Under the pieces are notes generated by a model. It saw only the letters and a list, made by a program, of their open reading frames with translations. It was not told where the DNA came from and did not search any database. From positions 1 through 64,000 of IMG/VR virus record IMGVR_UViG_3300019776_000919: a stretch of DNA of 64,000 bases; one strand, written 5' to 3'. The stretch is from a virus. Of the stretch, positions 58,096 to 64,000 are shown in pieces; within the stretch, counting starts at the first letter, position 1, and every line of letters starts with the position of its first letter. The position numbers and the translations under genes are program-made.

Positions 58096-58125
58096 CTTAT
58101 ACCATTTTTCATTCTTGCAATTGAA
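58096..58125 (-). promoter_or_regulatory. phage promoter
   Basis: TTCAAT-N18-TATAAG...AGTAC. Confidence 0.7.
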
Positions 58126-58169
58126 AAAACCAAGCTAAAAACAAGGCTCACGCCTTATTTTCCACAAAG

Positions 58170-58343
58170 CTATCGAGCCTTATATTTCTCTTTACCAGTC
58201 CCGTCACAACCTCCGCATTTAGGGCGTCTACCGCTATCGTATCTACCGCTCCCGTTGCAAGCTACGCATGGCCTGGTTTTCCAACCATATATGTATTTTT
58301 TATAGTACTCCGTTCGATCTGCTTTTCTTTCCAAAAAGGTCAT
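58170..58343 (-). CDS. DnaJ-type zinc-finger mini-protein (57 aa, not in ORF track)
   Basis: CVACNGSG...CGGCDGTG, two CxxCxGxG motifs. Confidence 0.75.
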   Translation of the reverse strand: MTFLERKADRTEYYKKYIYGWKTRPCVACNGSGRYDSGRRPKCGGCDGTGKEKYKAR

Positions 58344-58346
58344 ATT

Positions 58347-58796
58347 TTACGCTGGTGTCGGAGGAGTTAACAATCCCAAATCTTGGATCGCCTTAGTGTA
58401 TTTAGGGAATTTCTTAACAACAGCTTCGACTGAATAGCAGGAATCTAATTGTATTTCAGTTTCCCGTATAAGAGTACCAAATTTAACGCTTTCTTCTTCT
58501 TTTTGCCTAACTATGTCTGCCATTAAAGTTTTCAGTTCTTCAGGGACATCGTTTTCTGAAGGCCAGAAATAAATATTAGTACGTAGATTATAAGAATACA
58601 CAAACTTTTGATTTCTACCAAAATAATTACTATATTCCGGATCTTCTAGAGTTTTCTTTACGTAGTCGGGAGCTTTATTAAAGAAGTAGTCTTGCTGAAC
58701 TTTGAAAAGAATCGACTCAAAATCTGGCCTCTCTACGCCATAAATGAATTTGTTTCGGATATTTCTTCTATTGTATGAAGTTAATCTAGTTGCCAT
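58347..58796 (-). CDS. hypothetical protein
   Basis: Packed - strand ORF. Confidence 0.6.
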   Translation of the reverse strand: MATRLTSYNRRNIRNKFIYGVERPDFESILFKVQQDYFFNKAPDYVKKTLEDPEYSNYFGRNQKFVYSYNLRTNIYFWPSENDVPEELKTLMADIVRQKEEESVKFGTLIRETEIQLDSCYSVEAVVKKFPKYTKAIQDLGLLTPPTPA

Positions 58797-58804
58797 TTGT
58801 TCAG

Positions 58805-59134
58805 TTAATTATTGCGTTTGGTTAAATTATAAAGTTCATCATGAGTCGAATCCCAATACTCCATATCTACCGGAGATGGTACATATTCCGGGTCTATTAT
58901 TATATCTGTGACAATTTGTTTCCAGATCTCTAATCGTGCGGACTTACTTATAACTTGCTGAATACGTGGATGCTTAAAGTTAGGCTCTTTCTGAGATTCC
59001 TCCCAAACAGCTCGTCCAAAAGCCAAGATTACTTCTAAATCTGCACCTTTAAGTTTATCCATCCCCCATTGCGATCCGATTTTTATTAAATTCAAATCTA
59101 ACGAGTCATTGTTTATATTGCTTGTTTTTTCCAA
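58805..59134 (-). CDS. hypothetical protein
   Basis: Packed - strand ORF. Confidence 0.55.
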   Translation of the reverse strand: MEKTSNINNDSLDLNLIKIGSQWGMDKLKGADLEVILAFGRAVWEESQKEPNFKHPRIQQVISKSARLEIWKQIVTDIIIDPEYVPSPVDMEYWDSTHDELYNLTKRNN

Positions 59135-59433
59135 GTACGGCCTTGATAATACTCTTGATTTTTTGCCACTGCAAAAGCATAGGCTTCTCTGTGGTATTCC
59201 CAGTATTGTTCACCTGAAAAACCGGATGGGGTTACTACGGTCCAGAGCCCATGACGTTTTACAAGTCTTGGTTTTTTTACAGGTGATGTTTCAAGAACTT
59301 TAATCCTGTTTTTAATTATTAGATCTATCAAATCCAAGTTTGAACAGGTGCATGTTTTCCCCCAAGGTTTTTGTCCTGGAAGTATTCCTGAAGCGGATTT
59401 CAACCCTCCGCATTTTGTACAAATCATAGTCAA
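59113..59433 (-). CDS. hypothetical protein (CxxC...CxC)
   Basis: ATGA-coupled. Confidence 0.55.
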   Translation of the reverse strand: MTMICTKCGGLKSASGILPGQKPWGKTCTCSNLDLIDLIIKNRIKVLETSPVKKPRLVKRHGLWTVVTPSGFSGEQYWEYHREAYAFAVAKNQEYYQGRTWKKQAI

Positions 59434-59699
59434 GGCTTATTATAAGAAGAGTAAGAGGAATACCAAACACAATTGTTTTGATTGTGTATATATTTACCGT
59501 CTTGGGTTAGTACATAAGGCTTAGGTTCATTTCGTGAATAAACCGCCCACCCTTTAATTGATATTCCTGGGCAAAAGATTTCCGCTTGAATTTTTGCCTC
59601 TGGTAATGGTACGTAAGTCTGAGTTTCACAACCTAACATACTACCGAATAACACGATCAGGAAGAAGAAAAACAGAGTAACTTTATTGATTCTTTTCAT
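59430..59699 (-). CDS. putative lipoprotein
   Basis: Basic N-terminus, hydrophobic stretch, MLGC lipobox-like. Confidence 0.55.
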   Translation of the reverse strand: MKRINKVTLFFFFLIVLFGSMLGCETQTYVPLPEAKIQAEIFCPGISIKGWAVYSRNEPKPYVLTQDGKYIHNQNNCVWYSSYSSYNKP

Positions 59700-59846
59700 T
59701 TAGAAAATCCCGAAGTATTTCAGTAGAAACTCTACGGATAAGTATAGAGAGTAAACGGGTATAATTAAAGCTAAGGTTGTTAACCAAAAACCTTTAGCTA
59801 AAATGATACCCATTATGTGTAAGATTAGGATTATAAATCTGAACAT
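59700..59846 (-). CDS. small membrane protein (48 aa, not in ORF track)
   Basis: MFRFIILILHIMGIILAKGFW..., abuts next gene. Confidence 0.55.
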   Translation of the reverse strand: MFRFIILILHIMGIILAKGFWLTTLALIIPVYSLYLSVEFLLKYFGIF

Positions 59847-59858
59847 ACTGTTTATCGG

Positions 59859-60044
59859 CTACGGAAAAACAGACCAAAGTAGCTTTATTACTTGCCACAG
59901 GAAATATCCAATCATACCTGTGAACCCGAGTAAACCAAGAAGACCTATAGGTAAATAGATTGGATCTGGAACCTTAACTAAATTGCCATCTATTGCATTA
60001 ACTATTGCTGCCAATACTAATAAACAAAAGCAAATTGCAATCAC
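59859..60044 (-). CDS. small membrane protein
   Basis: Two TM segments. Confidence 0.5.
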   Translation of the reverse strand: MIAICFCLLVLAAIVNAIDGNLVKVPDPIYLPIGLLGLLGFTGMIGYFLWQVIKLLWSVFP

Positions 60045-60047
60045 GAG

Positions 60048-60593
60048 TTAGTCCTTTTTGCTTAGAAGATCTTGGAATTTTTTTTCGTAATACTTCATGT
60101 TCATCCCGTCCTCTCCGGAAGAGTCTTTAATAAGATCCTCCATTAATTCGACAGCCTCTTGGTTAAACGCTTTCAATTTAGCATGATCTTTTAAAACAAC
60201 TTCAAATAGATCAGCTGCTTTCTGAGCATCATACAGAGTTCGTTCTAATTTTGCTTTTAAAACCCCTGCTTCTGAACCTACCCCACGAAAACAATACTCT
60301 GCAAATCGAACCCCTTCTTCGAATGCAGAAGCTTCTTTTTCCGTAGGGTCTTGTATGCTACTTAGCAGCCCTACTCTAATTTCCCCTTCAGGTAGGGGTT
60401 TATTTTTAAACTTGTTCTGCTCGTCTAGAATTTCCACTACTTCAGAAGTAAGCCTATATTTGCAAGAAAAAGCATGAGTCTCAACTCTCGGAGTTTTTGT
60501 GTTGCAATTACAAGAACCTACTAATAGTTCAGTAAGTTTTTTACTTAGGTTTTCATTTGGAAATCCCGCCAGCTTCTTAATTTGGTCGTTCAT
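60048..60593 (-). CDS. hypothetical protein
   Basis: C.C.TKTP....H...C.YR motif. Confidence 0.6.
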   Translation of the reverse strand: MNDQIKKLAGFPNENLSKKLTELLVGSCNCNTKTPRVETHAFSCKYRLTSEVVEILDEQNKFKNKPLPEGEIRVGLLSSIQDPTEKEASAFEEGVRFAEYCFRGVGSEAGVLKAKLERTLYDAQKAADLFEVVLKDHAKLKAFNQEAVELMEDLIKDSSGEDGMNMKYYEKKFQDLLSKKD

Positions 60594-60596
60594 GAA

Positions 60597-60956
60597 TTAA
60601 CCTTTTTCCAATTTTGCCAATTTTGACTGAAGTTTCATAATTTGATGCTCCATGGCATTCACGAGATCTGGATAACTTTCTACTTTATAAAATTTACAAA
60701 GCTCCGGATCTGGTCTAGGAAGAACTAGACATGGCATTTTTTCTTCCGGTTTAAATTGTTTTGAGAATTGCAGTGAATTCAGAATATATACCAGGCCATT
60801 GTCTTTGACTACCCAGTGGTCAATAGCTCTATCTTTTATCTGCGCAACTGCGTCTTCCGCCCAAGTTGGTACTTCAAATAGACTTGTATTTTTATTTATT
60901 AAAATTGCGTCTACGATAGTTACATACTTAGCCAACTCAAACGCTCCATTCGTCAA
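60597..60956 (-). CDS. hypothetical protein
   Basis: Packed ORF. Confidence 0.55.
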   Translation of the reverse strand: MTNGAFELAKYVTIVDAILINKNTSLFEVPTWAEDAVAQIKDRAIDHWVVKDNGLVYILNSLQFSKQFKPEEKMPCLVLPRPDPELCKFYKVESYPDLVNAMEHQIMKLQSKLAKLEKG

Positions 60957-61542
60957 AACTAAGCATCTTTAAAGGCCCTCCGCTAGAATCTACAACCCAT
61001 TTACCGACCTCCGAGTTATATTGCATGGGTAAGAAGGCTTTCTTTTCTTCATTCCAAAAACCGAAAAAGATTGGACCCCAATATGATTTAGGGACTTGAT
61101 TGAGATCTAGTCCCATAGTTTTTTTACGCAGCTTATAAATTCCTGAAATTGTCGGGGGCTTCGAATAAGGAGTCCAACCTTCTTTAGGCTGTATTTCTGG
61201 ATTTGCAGACGTATTATTAACTGGTTTACTGGAAGCTTCGCTACCCACCGGCAAACCTGAATACAGTGGCCACCCTTCTACTAAAGGTTCACCTGTCCAA
61301 GGGTTGTATTTCCAAGTAGGATCTAAGCCACTTACAGTCTTTTGCAAGATGGCCTTTCCCTCCGCAAAAGGAACAGTATTTTTCGTACACGATATACCAT
61401 CGAAGGATGAAATAGTTAATGTGCCGTTATGTGTTAACGGAGAGCTTAAATTGTTAGTCCCAGGTTTTGGAAATAATTCATTCAGAGTAATGTTTTTAGA
61501 TTCAAGCATTTTTAAACCTTTGTATTTTTTCGTAAACAACAT
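60937..61542 (-). CDS. hypothetical protein
   Basis: Packed ORF; start probably at MLESK. Confidence 0.55.
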   Translation of the reverse strand: MLFTKKYKGLKMLESKNITLNELFPKPGTNNLSSPLTHNGTLTISSFDGISCTKNTVPFAEGKAILQKTVSGLDPTWKYNPWTGEPLVEGWPLYSGLPVGSEASSKPVNNTSANPEIQPKEGWTPYSKPPTISGIYKLRKKTMGLDLNQVPKSYWGPIFFGFWNEEKKAFLPMQYNSEVGKWVVDSSGGPLKMLSFDEWSV

Positions 61543-61816
61543 CCGCTCTGTTATCTACTTCAACTAAGAGTTGATCCCTTATTTCTTCAGAAATAAATTT
61601 TGATTCATGCATAGTCATTATTCTGTGCTCGTCCCATTTTATAGCTTTAATTTCTCTTTTTATTGAACGAAATTCTAATTGAATTGATATCCAATAAAAC
61701 GTAGGTATACCTAATGCAATACTTGTAAATACAAGGCCAACAATAAAATAGTCTTTTAGCAAAAGGCCTGCCATTATAGAAAAGAAAAAGGAGGCGTATT
61801 TAAGTTCTTTTTTCAT
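61502..61816 (-). CDS. membrane protein
   Basis: Two TM segments; first gene after promoter at 61865. Confidence 0.55.
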   Translation of the reverse strand: MKKELKYASFFFSIMAGLLLKDYFIVGLVFTSIALGIPTFYWISIQLEFRSIKREIKAIKWDEHRIMTMHESKFISEEIRDQLLVEVDNRADVVYEKIQRFKNA

Positions 61817-61900
61817 AAGCTTTTTGTATAAGTTAAAGAAGAAACGTGTTCGTCTCTTTCTTAACTTATACCATAAATATTACAAGGATTGATTTATTGA

Positions 61901-64000
61901 TTACAGCAACAAACTGCCACCAAAACTGGCTGCGGATTTGGTTTTAATCTTTTCAATTATTGCATAGATTTCTGTTTGAGTAACTCCGGAATGTACAACT
62001 TCCGTTTCACCCCAAGAGATGCCAACATCGCCTTCACAACCAATGGGTAATTGGAGCCAAGGAAATGCTTTCATCGGGTATTCATCCATGGTCCGATAAG
62101 TTAGGTTAATAACTTCTGCTGCTTTTTCTATGGGGCACTCAATTTCTATCGAATCGTAGCTTGATTCAAAAATATTTTCATATTTTTATGGACTATATCA
62201 TAATGTGTTTAATACCCAAGTACCAAACACATTCCGTGCGCTCTAGAGGTTTTACCACCCGGTCAGGGCTCCATACCTTAGTCTCTGAACCTTCCACCTA
62301 TTCCTAGGCGGCTTGGCTGCTGATTATCCAATCTTTCTCTTTTTCAAACTATCACGTTTACTATTACTAATTACGTTGTAGTAGAGAAAGCTCTCAGGGG
62401 TTTCCAGCAATTCACACGGTTTTCAGTTATTCCTCACGAAATAACGCCGCCTACGTTAACGGTACATGTACAAATAGCACCGAAAGGTTTAACTACTCTA
62501 TTTACTTCTGTAAAAGTAGCCAAGCCGATAGTACTAGTTGCGCTTTGAATGATTACGTTTTGACTGTTGCGCAAAGAACCGTTATAAGCGGCTGTAGGCT
62601 TGAAGCAATTATAAGTCCCGAACTGACGCTTGCGTTGGCCAAGCGGAGTAATACTGAACTGATTGTATAGTGCAAATTTATGAGCTTTTTCAATGTATTC
62701 CTTTACTTTAGGGAAAGTGTTAAAGTACATTGCAATGAGCGTTTCAGCTTCCGATTTTTCCAGGTTAAGCTGCATTGCAATGCCTGCGATTGAAGATCCG
62801 TATAAGCAGATACTCTATATGTTTCCATATAGTCTAGACTATACCATCATCCTTTTATCTGTGAATCGATAAAGGATGCTCGCCGTGTTATGGATAAATC
62901 CATCCTAGTATCATCTGTTCTAGATGACCTATGAGTCGTTGAACCATTTATAACCATCCCTGGTTATTCTGGCTGCTGATTGCCATACCTGATTTCAGGG
63001 TTAGGGTTCCAGCAATTGAGCGAGTTTGCATACTTATGTTACCACAAGTAGGTACCGTAATCAATACTAAAAGTCAAAGTCTTGCTCAGCTGGCGCAACT
63101 CTTTATATTCCCTATATTTAGGATGACTGCTGTCTGACAACACAGCAATAATCTCTTCATAAGGAATCTTTCTCATGGCACTTGCAGAGAATGAATGGAA
63201 GTCCAATCCCTCTGCAATAGCTTTCAGCATAGCTGGCTCTTTGGATATGTTTGCTAGAACCTTGACTTCAGCAGAGCTAAAGTCAAAGCTAATAAACACA
63301 TACCCCTCCCTTACAGTATAACAAGTTCTTACGTTGTATCCGTGCCTTGCTCTTGGGAGCTGGGTCAGGTTAGGATCTGAACCGGTTATACGGAATGAAG
63401 AGGTGCCAAATTGATTGTAACTGGGATGAATTCGTCCGTCTCTTTTTACCCAGTCTTTGACGTACGTTTTAATGAACGTATTATGAACCGAGGAAATATC
63501 ACGGCGAACAGCCATATCAGCTAGGAACTGAAGCTTTTCATCTTTAGTTACGTATTTACCACCTAAAGGATCTAATCCTGCAAGAGTCAATAAGGCAACT
63601 CCATCAGTAGCAGGTTCACCACCTTTCGTAGTAAACGGTACTTCAAACCCTAGTTCTTCATACAAAAAGCTAGCTACTGCAGGGCCAGAATTTAAATCAA
63701 TTTTCTTCCCAATTTGAGAGAATATCTTATCTTCTAATTGAGCTATTTGCTCAACCATCTTTCTATCAAGGAATTGATTGCGGGGGATGGAATAACCCAT
63801 ACCTGCAATTTCCAAGTCGATAAGAAATTCATGAGCTGGTATTTCTAATTCCAAAAAGCTTTGAATTATAGGCGGAGCTTTCGAGTCCACTCTATTGCCC
63901 CGATCATCAAAATCGATAATCGGAGTTTCCATTACTAAATCTGGAAAAGTCTTGGCTAAAAGTTCAGACGTAGCAATGCAATCTATGCCTGCATAAGTAT
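61901..64000 (-). CDS. polA: family A DNA polymerase, 5'-truncated by window edge; exons 64000-63064, 62806-62459, 62159-61901
   Basis: ExoIII YAGID, motif A DFSSAEVKVLA, spliced motif B RQLSKTLTFSILYG, N..IQS, spliced motif C TVYDSIE. Confidence 0.92.
62160..62458 (-). mobile_element. group I intron 2 in DNA polymerase motif C (299 nt, ORF-less)
   Basis: AATTGCTGGAAA, AATCAGCAGCC, TTCAGAGACTA, GATATAGTCC core; P1 CCGU/GCGG; terminal G; splicing restores T-V-Y-D-S. Confidence 0.9.
62807..63063 (-). mobile_element. group I intron 1 in DNA polymerase motif B (257 nt, ORF-less)
   Basis: AATTGCTGGAA, AATCAGCAGCC, TTCAACGACT, GGTATAGTCTA core; exon ends in U with P1 GUAU/GUAC; terminal G; splicing restores S-I-L-Y-G. 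Confidence 0.9.

Noticed and set aside
61901-63932. Three separate ORFs or a polymerase pseudogene
   Set aside because: Gaps have group I intron cores and splicing restores frame and catalytic motifs

Overview
A 64-kb segment of a large (probably jumbo) contractile-tailed dsDNA phage genome, AT-rich. The + strand (1-38.4 kb) mostly carries virion genes: spike, accessory Ig/LamG proteins, terminase large subunit, tail chaperones with a -1 frameshift, tape measure, hub, a phage sigma factor, baseplate, tail fibre and a holin-like gene. Two - strand operons are inserted among them: a retron-class reverse transcriptase locus (6.0-7.9 kb) and a complete prokaryotic ubiquitin-like cassette (Ubl, E2, JAB, E1/ThiF; 11.1-16.2 kb). 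A ~560-bp inverted-repeat element (38449-39007) sits where transcription converges. The - strand arm (39.2-64 kb) carries nucleotide and replication genes (tmk, nrdA/nrdB, dCMP deaminase, RuvC, a family A DNA polymerase split by two group I introns), a Pnkp-Hen1 RNA repair pair, PAAR, two tRNAs and many small ORFs. These genes are driven by a repeated TTCAAT-N17-18-TATAAG promoter. The top lead is a 1.1-kb non-coding block (41.8-42.85 kb) with two, possibly three, tandem structured units showing compensatory base changes and retron msr-msd-like architecture, about 35 kb from an RT that has no convincing ncRNA of its own. All calls come from motif reading; no searches were run.
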